A stretch of DNA of 64,000 nt from Octopus vulgaris (Eukaryota): assembly GCA_951406725.2 (NCBI GenBank), contig OX597822.1, positions 4,154,001 through 4,218,000 on the forward strand, read 5' to 3'. The position numbers and the translations under genes were made by a program. Positions 27,405 through 41,385 of this stretch are shown in pieces. Position 1 is the first letter of the stretch; each line of letters opens with the position of its first letter. The notes below the pieces were generated by a model. The model saw only the letters and a list, made by a program, of their open reading frames with translations. It searched no databases and had not been told where the DNA came from.

Positions 27405-27620
27405 CATACATACATTCATACATACATACATACATAAATATATACATACATACATACATACGTATGTACATATATACATACATACGTACGTACGTACATA
27501 CATATATATGTAAGTACGTACGTACATACATACATACATACATACATACATACATACATACATACATACATACATACATACGTACGTACGTACATACATA
27601 TGTATATATGAATATGTGTA
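27405..27620. repeat. (ATAC)n-type microsatellite
   Basis: Directly visible. A similar array lies at 28366-28748. Confidence 0.95.
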
Positions 27621-28769
27621 CAATAATTATACATATATAAATGGTATATCTATACACACAGGTGTGTGTGTCCCCGTAATGTATATATAATAACGGATGT
27701 AGTCCGGTTCTTTTAATTTTCTTAGTCGGTAATGTAATGTGATACTCAGTAGGACTCTTATCTTTGAAAATTACACTTAATTCTAAAATTTTAAATAAAA
27801 AGTAGCCGACATTTTTTTTTTAAAAGTGGGTTGCGTGCAGCTTTCAAAAATTGCATAATCCGCTCGTCGCAAGACTATCTGACAACAACCATACACATGC
27901 AGACGACATATCCATAGTGTAGCTAATAGCATAGAATAATATCATTGGTTGTTTCCTCCCTCTCACCCCATCCAACTACCTAATCAGGTATACATATCTC
28001 TATAACAACATGCATACATAAATACTTTAAAGGAATGAAGCGAATGTCGTTTTAAAAGGACGCTGTTTGTGTGAGTGATAACGAGACAGACATGGCAGAA
28101 AATAAATTCAATATTTATGCTATTCTTTAAAAACAACGTTTGTTTTATTTTGCTTTTGTAATTTTGTTGTTTTTTTTAGCTTTTTGGGGTTTTTTTGGTT
28201 TTTTGCTTTTTTTTCGTTTTTTATTTTTTTATATTTTTCCATCTAACAGCGTTTAAATAAAGAGTATTCTAACTTCCTAACATTTCAGATTTTTAATTTA
28301 CGAAATCAATTTCCGTTCTTAGGAAATACACATTCATCATCACATAAACAATTTATTATATTAAATACACATACACACACACACGCACACACACACAAGC
28401 ACGCATGCCGGTATACATACATACGTACATACACACATACGTACATACATACGTACATACACACATACGTACTTACATACATACGTACATACACACATAC
28501 GTACATGCCTACATACATGCATGCATACATACATACATACATACATGCATGCATCCATACATACATACATGAATGCATGCATGCATACATACGTACATAC
28601 ATACATACACACACACATACATACATGCATACATACGTACATACACACACATGCATACATACATGCATACATACGTACATACACACACATGCATACATAC
28701 ATACATACATACATACACACACACATACATGCATACATACATACATAAACATCTATTAACCATCGATAA

Positions 28770-28975
28770 GGAATTTACAAACCCAGCACCCATGACACAC
28801 TTTCTGCTTCGTACCTATGATTAATGGAGCAACAGGATACATACCAGACCGTCTCAAGCAAAATAATGTTAAACTTGGGTTCTTGGAGAGAAAATGCAAA
28901 TCCTCAATCCAGATACTATAAATAGTCAGATATCTGGGACTTCAATAATCTGCCAGACCGTCGTAAGATTTTAAC
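28770..28975 (+). pseudogene. 3' end of an RLE-type (R4/Dong/NeSL-like) non-LTR retrotransposon ORF
   Basis: CFVPMINGATGYIPDRLKQNNVKLGF followed by ISGTSIICQT resembles the P-I-V-I-G-A-L-G-x-x-P...LG...GT C-terminus of restriction-like endonuclease elements. Confidence 0.5.
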
Positions 28976-29157
28976 GGTGATCGTTAAAACAAGATACTTT
29001 GTTTCACAATATTGCGACAAAGCAGGTGACCGGTCAAAATTTACTCTGAATTAAAGAAAGAGACGAGCCTAAATGGATGTGAATAACAAAATAGGATACG
29101 AATGGTGGTAATTGCTTTGTTTTTTTCCACTCCACTATCTAGATATATGTGGTGGAA

Positions 29158-29536
29158 ATACTCCGTCGGTTACGACGACGAGGGTTCCGGTTGATCCGAA
29201 TCAACGGAACAGCCTGCTCGTGAAATTAACGTGTAGGTGGCTGAGCACTCCATAGACACGTGTACCCTTAATGTAGTTCTCGGGGATATTCAGCGTGACA
29301 CAGAGAGTGACAAGGCCGGCCCTTTGAAATACAGGTACAACAGAAACAGGAAGTAAGAGTGAGAGAAAGTTGTGGTGAAAGAGTACAGCAGGGATCACCA
29401 CCATCCCTGCCAGAGCCTCGTGGAGCTTTTGGGTGTTTTCACTTAATAAACACTCACAACGTCCGGTCTAGGAATCGAAACCGCGATCCTATGACCGCGA
29501 GTCCGCTGCCCTAACCACTAGGCCATTGCGCCTCCA
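29158..29536 (-). mobile_element. SINE family C, full length with TSD
   Basis: The 12-bp direct repeat atctagatatat lies at 29137-29148 and 29538-29549. Confidence 0.92.
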
Positions 29537-30814
29537 CATCTAGATATATACACGTCGTCTCTTTTCTTCTTTCAGTCTTAAGAATAAAATCTTCATTATC
29601 AATAAGTTTAATTATTCGTTTTCTCAATTCAAAACCTGCCACATAACTCATGATCTCTTGGATGACTGAATGTGTTCAAAATTTGAACCCCACTTCCTAG
29701 GTGCAAAACCGTGCGCTGCAACATAGAACGTATATACATATACACATAAATACATGTATGTATACACGCATATACATTCTGTACATACATACACACTTAT
29801 ATGCGTATATGCATAAACACACACATGTATAAATACACATACATACAGACATGCATGCATGCATACATATTTATACACGTACATTGCTATATATGGAGAT
29901 GTAATAGGGCTTTCCACTTAATACAAGGCCGGGAATTTTGGCGGCGGTACTAATCGATTACAGTGAACCCAATAATTGATTGGTACTTAATATATCGACC
30001 CCGAAATGGATAAAAGACAAAGTCAACTTCAGTGGAATTTGAACTCAGATCGTAAAGCCGGAAGGAATGCTGCTTCGCATTTAATCCGACATGGTAACTA
30101 TTCTGCAACTCGCCGCGTTATATCTAGATGTAGTACAGGCAGAAGGCCTGACATTTTGAAGGAGGTCGATAAATCGATTACTTTGACCCCAGTGTTCGAC
30201 TGGTACTTATTTTATTGACTTCGAAAGGATAAAAGGTAAAGTCAGCCTGGCGGTATTCGAACTCAGAATGTAAAAACGGACGAAATACTGCTAAGTATTT
30301 TGTCCGGCATCCTAACGATTCTGCCAGCTCATCATCTTGTATTTAGATGCAACAATACTTGTTCCTTTAATACTCCTAAACCCAAAAGAAAACACACGTC
30401 TCAGTATCGGTAATGTAATACGAACCAGAAACCTTTTCAATCGGATATCAACATTTCAAGAACACGGCGAGTGCGATTCTCCTACGTAACACAGAGTTTT
30501 TTGTGCCGGGGTAGATATTTAGCATTTGAAAACATAGGTCGCAGGATTTTTTTTTCTTACAGACGGTGCTCCAGCATGTCCACAGCCTTTGGGCCGAAAC
30601 GCATAAAAGAGTAAAAGAATATATGATCAATGTAATCCTTTCAACCGATTATATTATCTGAATGCTACATATGGAATTGGCCGCCGAATGTCATCCTTTA
30701 ATATTGGTTTCAAATTTTGGCACAAGGCCGGCACTTTCGAGAGAGGCACTAAGTGGATTCCATTCATCCTCAGTGCTCCGTAAAGACCGACGAACTACCG
30801 CTAAGCATTTTGCC

Positions 30815-31582
30815 CCGTGTGCTAACGATTGTTTTCTACTCTAGGCACAAGGCCCGAAATTTTGTGAAGGGGCCAGTCCATTAGATCATCCCTAGTACGC
30901 AACTAGTACTTAATTTATCGACGCCGAAAGGATGACAGGAAAAGTCAACCTTGCCGGAATTTGAACTCAGAACATAAAAACAGACGAAATACCTATTTCT
31001 TTATTACCCACAAGGGGCTAAACACAGACAGAACAGACAAACAGATTAAGTCGATTATATCGACCCCAGTACGTAACTGGTACTTAGTTTATCGACCCGG
31101 TAAGGATGAAAGGCAAAGTCGACCTCGACGGAATTTGAACTCAGACCGTAACGGCAGACGATATACCTATTTCTTTACTACCCACAAGGATATAAACACA
31201 GAGAGGGCAAACAAGGACAGAAAAACGGATTAAGTCGATTATATCGACCCCAGTGCGTAACTGGTACTTAATTTATCGATCTCGAAAGGATGAAAGGCAA
31301 AGCCGACCTCGACGGAATTTGAACTCAACGTAACGGCAGACGAAATACCTATTTCTTCACTACCCACAAGGGGCTAAACACAGAGAGGGCAAACAAGGAC
31401 AGGCAAACGGATTAAGTCGATTAGATCGACCGCAGTGCGTAACTGGTACTTAGTTTATCGACCCGGAAAGGATGAAAGGCAAAGTCGACCTCGACGAAAT
31501 TTGAACTCATAACGTAGCGGCAGACGAAATACCGCTAAGCATTTCGCCCGGCGTGCTAATGTGTCTGCCAGCTCGCCGTCTT
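30815..31582 (-). mobile_element. SINE family B with four internal units of about 175-183 bp
   Basis: aatttgaactc recurs at about 30958, 31133, 31316 and 31498, with a single head near 31580. Diverged copies also lie at 29920-30340. Confidence 0.88.
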
Positions 31583-32092
31583 AAATTGCATTCTTTGTTG
31601 ATATTAATAGGGAATTAAGGGCAATAGAGTGAAGGGCAAAGTCGACCCACGTAGGATATGAATTCAAATCATAAAGGAACACATCGAAATTCTACAAAAA
31701 CATTTCTACCATCGCAGCGTCATTGATTTACTAAGTTAGCTTCAATGAAGAGAAGGGGGAGGAAAAGAAGTACAGAAATGAGGTTGTACGTGGTAGTAAT
31801 GGTGGCGAGGGGGGGAAATGTGATGAGGATGGAGTTGATAGAGTTTGAATGGAGGCCGGTAGTGACGATTTATCATAATTCCGAAGTTAATGTATTGCTA
31901 ATGTTGTTCTTGTTGTTGTTGCTATGTTGATAATGATTACAGTTTTAGTTTCCTTTACACATACATATATCCCTTATATACGCGCACACGCGCGCCCACA
32001 CACACACATATTCATGAACAGGCACACATACATTTACATATATACATATATGTACACACGTATATATATACATATATGTACGTATATATATA

Positions 32093-32145
<53 letters not shown>

Positions 32146-32281
32146 GAGGGCATTATACATACATGCCAGAGGGCATTATACATACATGCCACACGCTAAG
32201 AGGGACAATTAGTCATTTCTACCAAAAATTTTACTAATCCCCCCGAATGCAATTTTTCAAAGTAAGACATTTAAAAATATA

Positions 32282-32327
32282 GACTTGTATCACTGTGATT
32301 TCATACCTCTGTATTCATCAGCAAGCC
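32282..32327 (-). ncRNA. Type I hammerhead ribozyme (inverted copy)
   Basis: Reverse complement of ggcttg-CTGATGA-ATAC-agag-GTAT-GAA-ATCAC-a-GTGAT-A-caagtc. Confidence 0.9.
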
Positions 32328-32486
32328 TGGACATATCATAAATAAACGACCCTGCCTCGCTTAAGCCGAGCAGCTAACTGGTCAACATCAACGAAGCACA
32401 TGGGTGAGTTTACATATATTACATCCGGTAAATGGCAGACTTTTACGAATTGCATTTCGTAAGGTCGTTTATTTAAGATATGTCCA

Positions 32487-32532
32487 GGCTTGCTGATGAA
32501 TACAGAGGTATGAAATCACAGTGATACAAGTC
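32487..32532 (+). ncRNA. Type I hammerhead ribozyme, predicted cleavage after 32526 (AUA)
   Basis: Stem I GGCUUG/CAAGUC, core CUGAUGA and GAAA, stem II AUAC/GUAU with an AGAG loop, stem III AUCAC-A-GUGAU. Confidence 0.92.
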
Positions 32533-32962
32533 TATATTTTTAAATGTCTTACTTTGAAAAATTGCATTCGGGGGGATTAGTAAAATTTTTGGTAGAAATG
32601 ACTAATTGTCCCTCTTAGCGTGTGGCATGTATGTATAATGCCCTCTGGCATGTATGTATAATGCCCTCTATATATAAATTAATATGTTCAATAAGAAATA
32701 ATTATTTTCGAAATTTTTTCTCTTATGAGGTCTTTCACGCTATCTACCTGACAATTTCTTGTTAAGTTTTCCTTATTAAGTAGTTGTCCTTAATTGCTAA
32801 ATTTTTATTCCGAAAAAACTTTTCCTTTCCCGAAATGCAATTCGTAAAAGTCTGCCATTTACCGGATGTAATATATGTAAACTCACCCATGTGCTTCGTT
32901 GATGTTGACCAGTTAGCTGCTCGGCTTAAGCGAGGCAGGGTCGTTTATTTATGATATGTCCA

Positions 32963-33008
32963 GGCTTGCTGATGAATACAGAGGTATGAAATCACAGTGA
33001 TACAAGTC
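32963..33008 (+). ncRNA. Type I hammerhead ribozyme, predicted cleavage after 33002
   Basis: Identical to 32487-32532 and 476 bp downstream of it. Confidence 0.92.
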
Positions 33009-33276
33009 TATATTTTTAAATGTCTTACTTTGAAAAATTGCATTCGGGGGGATTAGTAAAATTTTTGGTAGAAATGACTAATTGTCCCTCTTAGCGTGTG
33101 GCATGTATGTATAATGCCCTCTGGCATGTATGTATAATGCCCTCTATATATAAATTAATATGTTCAATAAGAAATAATTATTTTCGAAATTTTTTCTCTT
33201 ATGAGGTCTTTCACGCTATCTACCTGACAATTTCTTGTTAAGTTTTCCTTATTAAGTAGTTGTCCTTAATTGCTAA

Positions 33277-33338
<62 letters not shown>

Positions 33339-33352
33339 CTATATATACATAC

Positions 33353-33385
<33 letters not shown>

Positions 33386-33513
33386 TTCTTGTACACGCAC
33401 ACATACAAGTACATATATACATGCACACACACGTTTATAAAGATGCGTATGTGTGTAAGTATATGTGCATATATATATATGTACATATATATATATACAT
33501 ATATCTACGTATT

Positions 33514-33558
<45 letters not shown>

Positions 33559-33696
33559 AAATTTAAATACACACACATAGATTCATGTACGCGCACACAT
33601 ACATGTATGTAATGCAATTATAAATGTATTTGTACCTATGTATACGTATTAGTGAGAGAGAGAAAGATATATATATATATATATTTGTATATGTAC

Positions 33697-33730
<34 letters not shown>

Positions 33731-33837
33731 GTACGTATGTAGGTATAGATATATACTCACATACACATATATATATATATGAATGCTTGTATGCATGAAT
33801 GCTTCTCTATATATATATGCGTGTATGTTTACACACA

Positions 33838-33869
<32 letters not shown>

Positions 33870-34065
33870 TTTGTGATTTCAATATATAATCTGAAATAAC
33901 TTCGTTATTGCTATTAGTGTTTTTGTTGGAATTGTTGCTGTTGTTATTGTTGTTATTGTTAGTGTCGCTGCTGCTGCTGCTGCCGCTGATGCTGCTGTTG
34001 TTGTTTTAACATTTTCTGTTAATGGGATTGAAATAACACTGAGATCTAAGATTACAAAATTTTAT

Positions 34066-34318
34066 CATCATCATCACCATCAGCACCACCATCATCATCA
34101 TCACCATCATCGTCCCCATCATCATCATCATCACCATCATCATCATCACCATCACCACCACCATCATCATCATCACCATCACCACCACCATCATCATCAT
34201 CATCACCATCAACCTCGTCATCAATATCATCATCATCATCATCATCCCCATCATCATCCTCATCATCATCATCACCATCACCATCATCACCATCATCACC
34301 ACCACCACCACCACCACC

Positions 34319-34352
<34 letters not shown>

Positions 34353-34620
34353 TCACCATCACCATCACCATCATCATCATCATCATCATCATCCCCATCA
34401 TTATCATCATCATCGTCATCGTCATCATCACATCATCATCATCATCATCATCATCACCATCGATACCATCATCATCATCAGCAGCATCATCATCATCATC
34501 ATCATCACCATCGTCACCATCACCATCACCACCATCATCATCATTATAATTATCATCTTTATTAGCAACATCATCAATATCACCACAAAGCCATCATCAT
34601 CATCATCAACATCATCATTG
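34066..34620. repeat. (CAT/CAC)n microsatellite
   Basis: Directly visible. Confidence 0.95.
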
Positions 34621-34866
34621 CCGTCATTGACAGCAGCAGCGCCTCGTTGTCATCATAGTCTGCGCGAGTGCCCACATCACCATGGCAATCAGCATTATCA
34701 TTAACCTTACCTCTACCATTATTTCTATTATCAATGATTCCATGTTATTATTCTTGCTGTCGTCGTCGTCGTCGTCGTCTTCTCCTACTTACTTCCAGCA
34801 ATCTCATGAAACTGGCACTTGTAGATATTCTAACGTTTTAATAGGTGTATGGATGTGTGTGTGTGT

Positions 34867-34897
<31 letters not shown>

Positions 34898-34994
34898 GAC
34901 TTATATGCGTTTACTTTGTATCGGAAACGCACATCCTAAGTTACACGCATGCATAAGCAAAGCTAGAAATCCAGGATCTTAAATTATCCAGTTA

Positions 34995-35121
34995 CATATA
35001 TATATATACATACATACACACAGACATACAAACATATATACATACATACGCGCATACATACATACATATATATATATATACATACACACAGACATACAAA
35101 CATATATACATACATACGCAC

Positions 35122-35154
<33 letters not shown>

Positions 35155-35189
35155 CATGCATACATACATACATACATGCATATATTCAA

Positions 35190-35224
<35 letters not shown>

Positions 35225-35664
35225 CATGCATACATATATAGATACATGCATATATATATATATATATATACATGCATACATATATACATACATGCATATA
35301 TATACATGCATATATTCATATATATATATATATATACATGCATATATATATACATACATGTATATATTCATACATACATACATACATACATGCATACATA
35401 CATACATACATACATATATATATACATGCATACATATATACATACATGCATATATTCATACATACATGCATGCATATATTCATACATACATACATGCATA
35501 CATACATACATATATACATACATGCATATATTCCTACATACATACATGCATACATACATACATACATGCATATATTCATACATACATACATACATACATG
35601 CATATATTCATACATACATACATACATACATGCATATATTCATACATACATACATACATACATG

Positions 35665-35698
<34 letters not shown>

Positions 35699-35954
35699 TA
35701 CATGCATACATATATACATACATGCATATATTCATACATACATGCATGCATATATTCATACATACATACATGCATACATACATACATATATACATACATG
35801 CATATATTCCTACATACATACATGCATACATACATACATACATTCATACATACATACATACATACATACATACATACATGCATATATTCATACATACATA
35901 CATACATACATGCATATATTCATACATACATACATACATACATGCATATATTCA

Positions 35955-35988
<34 letters not shown>

Positions 35989-35998
35989 CATACATACA

Positions 35999-36034
<36 letters not shown>

Positions 36035-36220
36035 TATATATACATACATACATGCATACATACATACATATATATATATACATACATACATACACACACA
36101 TACATACATACACACACATACATACATGCATGCATGCATGCATGCATGCATACATACATACATACATACATACATACATACATACATACATACATACATA
36201 CATACATACATACATACATA
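34995..36220. repeat. Degenerate (ATAC/AT/ATGC)n array of about 1.2 kb with higher-order periodicity
   Basis: Rare variants recur: cagacatac at 35021 and 35089, ttcctaca at 35531 and 35807. Confidence 0.95.
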
Positions 36221-36239
36221 AGCTTGCCATAATTTTCAG

Positions 36240-36389
36240 GACTAAAGCCACCACTAATGGCAGTTGAAACCGCGACCATGGAAGTGGAAACTGGGACCAT
36301 TGCGAATGTCACAACACGTTCTAAAACAGTGGCAGCGTATGTTTTGGGTGCGAGAGAAGAGCAGGCACTCTCTCTTTCCACCTGCCAAG
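36240..36389 (+). CDS. Candidate internal coding exon (150 nt, phase 1-1) of an unidentified host gene
   Basis: Acceptor ttttcag| and donor AAG|gtttgt enclose the open frame (G)[49 protein letters not shown]. The segment is non-repetitive and more GC-rich than its flanks. Confidence 0.5.
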
Positions 36390-36686
36390 GTTTGTCGGTA
36401 TTTATTACTGCAAACATATTAACATAATTATATGTTGTTGTTTTTATATAAAGGCAGTTCTTGGCAATACTTCAGTCGCACACGTGAGCTGGCAAGAATT
36501 ATGATTTGTCTTTATCAGTTAGAAGGCAGAGAGTTGAGGTAAGAGTCAGAAAGAGAGAAAGGTGGAGTAACATTTGTATAAACTATCTCCTCTTTACTTA
36601 ACAACACAAGAATGTAAAATTTTATCAAAAAGGAAAGTGGCATTTAAAAATATATTTATATAAACACATTTTTTATTGTCTTCCAT

Positions 36687-36752
<66 letters not shown>

Positions 36753-37132
36753 ATGCAACATCGTTTCTCTTATTCAGTCATCACTCGAAACTTCTTTTCT
36801 GAGAAATATTTCGTTTTTTATACTTTTGTCGAAAATTTCTGAAAACTTGGTCGGGTGTTTATTTTAGTCATCAGAAAGCCTTTAGCTATAGTTTCTCTTT
36901 CTTTATTGCCTATACCTTCTGCACAACTATTTATTACAGAAAATATTCGTTCAACATGGGTAGAGGTACAAGGAGGACAAAGATTGTATTTTTCCAAATA
37001 CATATTCTTTTCGCCAGTTTCCTTCATACATCAAGTTTTATGTTGCTTGCTCTTAGCTTTAGAAGCCCCCAAATTTTTTTGCTATAACCACCTCACTGAA
37101 TTCTTAAAGCTTCTGCTGAGCTTTACTTTTAA

Positions 37133-37335
37133 GGCGGCGAGCTGGCAGAATCGTTAGCACACCCGACAGAATTCGTAGCGGCATTTCGTCGGTCTTTATG
37201 TTCTCAGTTCAAATTCCGCCAACGTCGATTTCTGCCTCTTATCTCTTTCGCAGTCGATAAAATAAGTACGGGGGCTTTTGTAATCGACTACCTTTCCCAA
37301 AACTTCTGGTCTTGTGCTAGAATTTGAAACCAATA
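37133..37335 (+). mobile_element. SINE family B, single unit
   Basis: Head ggcggcgagctggcagaatcgttagcac and B box gttcaaattcc. Confidence 0.8.
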
Positions 37336-38187
37336 TTTACCTTCAAATTCATGAGGTCATCTTAACTACAAACTACTCATCACTGGATTACGAAATATGT
37401 CTCCATAATGTAGCCAAACCATGTTTTCCGCTTGTTCAAAGTTCCATAGGTCTATGTATGAGAGGCATTCCTCATTAGGACTTTTAAACTTTTTCTACAC
37501 TTTTGCAATATTTTCTCTGTTTTCAACTTTTCTGAGCTAGACTTTTACATCTTCAGGTACAAATTCAGTTTTGTCACTGATCTGTATTTGTAACCAAATT
37601 TGGATTTCCAGTTTGATATATTATTCGTTGTTATCATCCGTCTCCGTTGCCAGAAATGCTTTGTTATGAATGCAAACTTTCCATGTCGAAGTCATAAATA
37701 CATTTCTTCAAATTTATTTTCAAACAATTGTTTTATCAACGTTGGGAACAAAATGGGATTTCAAGTCAGTTGAGATGTAATGAATTCTTTTAAGTGCTAG
37801 TAGTATTGTCAAAACTCTGGTATTATTATGTTGCAATAGCATTTTGTATTCCACGCTGACAAACTCATAAAATACTTTTAGCTGTGTTACGCGAACTGTG
37901 TATAAGTAAAAGTATTTGAATACTTTCACAATGTCTTTCAGTGTCAACTGGTAATGAATTAACCGCTGTTTGAAAACGGTTGTATACAGAATGCTACGAG
38001 GGTCCCTTCCAAGTTTTGTATTTAGTTCATTGAATCTATTGGTCCTGCTCCTTTATTTGACGCCATTAAGATATTTTGCAGTTGCCTTCATAAATTCTAA
38101 CAGCTTTTTTCTACCAGACAATGAACGTCAATAAGGCATTATTCAAGGTGTTGACCAGTTCAGCTGGAATTGTATGCATATAGTCGC

Positions 38188-38907
<720 letters not shown>

Positions 38908-39441
38908 AACAGCTAAAGAATTGTACCAATCGGCCATGAGGTATCCATTTAAATTGCTAGATCCTTAGCAAGCTCGAGTTTAGCCATTGGAAAATTTTAA
39001 TTCAAAATTATGGCTAAATTTTCTCGGTGCTAAACAAAACGTTGATTTAAGAATGTTTTGAAACCAACAGTGAAGAGCAATTGGATATCTGCCAGCTCAA
39101 GTCGATGAACAGCAGTTATATCATTAATCAATGCATTACTCGTTAATGAGTACATTTTTAGATGTGCTAACCATTCCAAATGAAACAGCCGATACTCTGA
39201 CTTATGGTCATTCATGGTTTGATGGAAAAGTGACTTTTTTAGTAACAAATAGAAGCTCCATTTTGATTAGTTCTAAATTTGTGTTTGTTTTTGTTTTGGT
39301 TCGGTTTTTTTTTCTTTAAACAAAAGTATCTAATCGAAACATCACCATCTTTGAACGATTGAGATTGGAAATGGTTTTTAATATCCGACTTATCTCCATA
39401 CATCACATAGAACTTCTCAAAGCAAATATAATTTTGCGTTA

Positions 39442-39500
<59 letters not shown>

Positions 39501-39574
39501 GTTATTGAGTGCGAGAGCAGTGCATACCATCAAAGTGACACTGGGGTACAAATATACGAACACCAATATACCTA

Positions 39575-41300
39575 ATAGACTTGAAGCAAAAATATCAAAA
39601 ATGAGAAAGATGTAGAGTTCAAGACAAGTCAAGGATGGTTCATGAGATTTAAGGAGCAAAGAAGTTATCACTCCATTAAGAAGCAAGGTGAAAGTGCATC
39701 AGCTGACGAACAAGCAGCAGCGGAATTTCATAATGCATTAAAGAAAATCATCGAAGAAAACAGCTTTCTTCCTGAGCAGATTTTTAACGTAGACGAAACT
39801 GAATTTTATTAGAAAAAATTGCCAGACCGTTCATTCATTTCCAAGGAGGAGAAAGCTATTCCAGGCTACAAGGTCTCAAAGAACGTGTGACCATTATGTT
39901 GAGCGGTAATTATGCAGGAGATTTTAAGTGAATCGTGCTTGTGAATCGTGCACACAACCTGTCCCTGAAGAACATACCCAAGGCATTTCTCCCTGTTGTA
40001 TGGATGGCTAATTCAAAAATATAGGTTACTGTTGTTGTTTCTGAAGATTGGTCCTTCAATCATGTTATCCCAGCAGCAGAGAAGTACTGTAAGGAGAAGG
40101 GGATTCATTTTAAGGTTGTACATAACATAGATTATGCTCCTGGCCACTTGCAAAAGATTTTGACCCCAAAGTTACCGTCATATAATTCCCTCCGAACTCC
40201 ATGTCTCTTCTGCAGCCAATGGATCAGGGAATAATTGCTATCTTCAAGCGTTACTATATGAAGCGTACGCTGCAGCAAGCACGAGCTGCAGCGGATCTTG
40301 ATGAGTCCATCACACTTTGTGACTTTTGGAAGAGATACGATATCTGCAAGGCTGAACAGAACATAGCAGCGGCATGGAATGATGTACAGAGCACGGCTGT
40401 GAATGCTGTATGGAAGAAGCTATTCCCGCAATTCATGAATGATTCTAAGGGGTTTGATAATGTTGCCATCAACAAAACGTTGGTGACTCTACGAGAAAAG
40501 AACTGGAAATGGATATGGGGATAGGATTTCACAGATTTATTTGAAAAAGACGAGTAGCCCCTGACGAACGACGATTTGATAGAGCTTCACGAGCAGCAAA
40601 ACAAAGAAGGGGAGGTCGAACCTGAGCCACGTCACTTTAAGAAAATGCAGCAAGCATTTGCATATATCGAAAAGGGTATTTCTATGTTCGAGGATATGGA
40701 TCCAAATGCTCAACTCTTTTCCAAGATTATGGGGGCTTGTCCCAAAGCTTTTGCTCCATATAATGTAATCCTTGAGAAAAAGAAAAAGACGGTTCAAGGA
40801 ACTGTCTAGTGCATCGAACAACAAGAACAGCCAGAGCTAGCTATTGATGTTGATGATACACAGCCATCTACATCCTCGATGTAAACCACCAAATTTTATG
40901 TACGTAGTGGTAAATTTAAAATAAATTAGCCTTTTTTACTATTTCAAAATAATAATAATTGCCGAATTTGTGTTTTAAGCTTAGAAAATGCTTTTATTTT
41001 ACCATGTCTTATTGCAAAACGCATTCATAACTAAAGCGTCCGCCATGTACGGTAAACACCGCCGAATTGTATTCGTAAATTTAGATTACATTTTTTGTTT
41101 ACTGTACTGTATCCAAAAATAAAAATTATTTGTTTTTTATGCTTAAAATAGGCTTTTATTAACCATTTATTATTGAAAATGCATTCATAGATAAAGTACA
41201 GAACTGGGAATGGTTATTATCGAGTTAGCATAGAGACAAGTTAATTCGACTTAAATCGTGTCTCCTGGAACCAATTAACAACGTAGGGTAGGTGTGCCTG
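39575..41300 (+). mobile_element. 5'-truncated Tigger/pogo DNA transposon with transposase pseudogene
   Basis: FKTSQGWFMRFK (CENP-B-type HTH), GESASAD, PEQIFNVDET, IDYAPGH, PPNSMSLLQPMDQGII (DDE_1). The right TIR ...ggtgtgcctg|TA ends at 41300. Confidence 0.9.
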
Positions 41301-41385
41301 TATTTTTATTATTATTAACATCATCATCATCATCATCATCATCATAATCATCATTATTATTATTGAGTGAGTGAGTGAGTGAGTG

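Larger units (their letters stand above)
32139..33280 (+). mobile_element. Retrozyme/Penelope pLTR-like non-coding element in (TA)n: inverted 320-bp copy, 476-bp unit and 342-bp partial unit
   Basis: 32139-32459 is the reverse complement of 32831-33151. 32463-32938 and 32939-33280 are direct repeats with period 476. Each copy carries a hammerhead. There is no ORF, and (TA)n lies on both flanks. Confidence 0.88.

Noticed and set aside
30815-31582. Regularly spaced repeats as a CRISPR array
   Set aside because: The whole unit of about 183 bp repeats, with no unique spacers and no cas genes, in a eukaryotic SINE context.
36835-36880. CTGATGA...GAAA on the minus strand inside the hAT remnant, and similar cores at 14390, 16735 and 54419
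   Set aside because: No stem II or stem I pairing. Chance matches are expected in AT-rich DNA.
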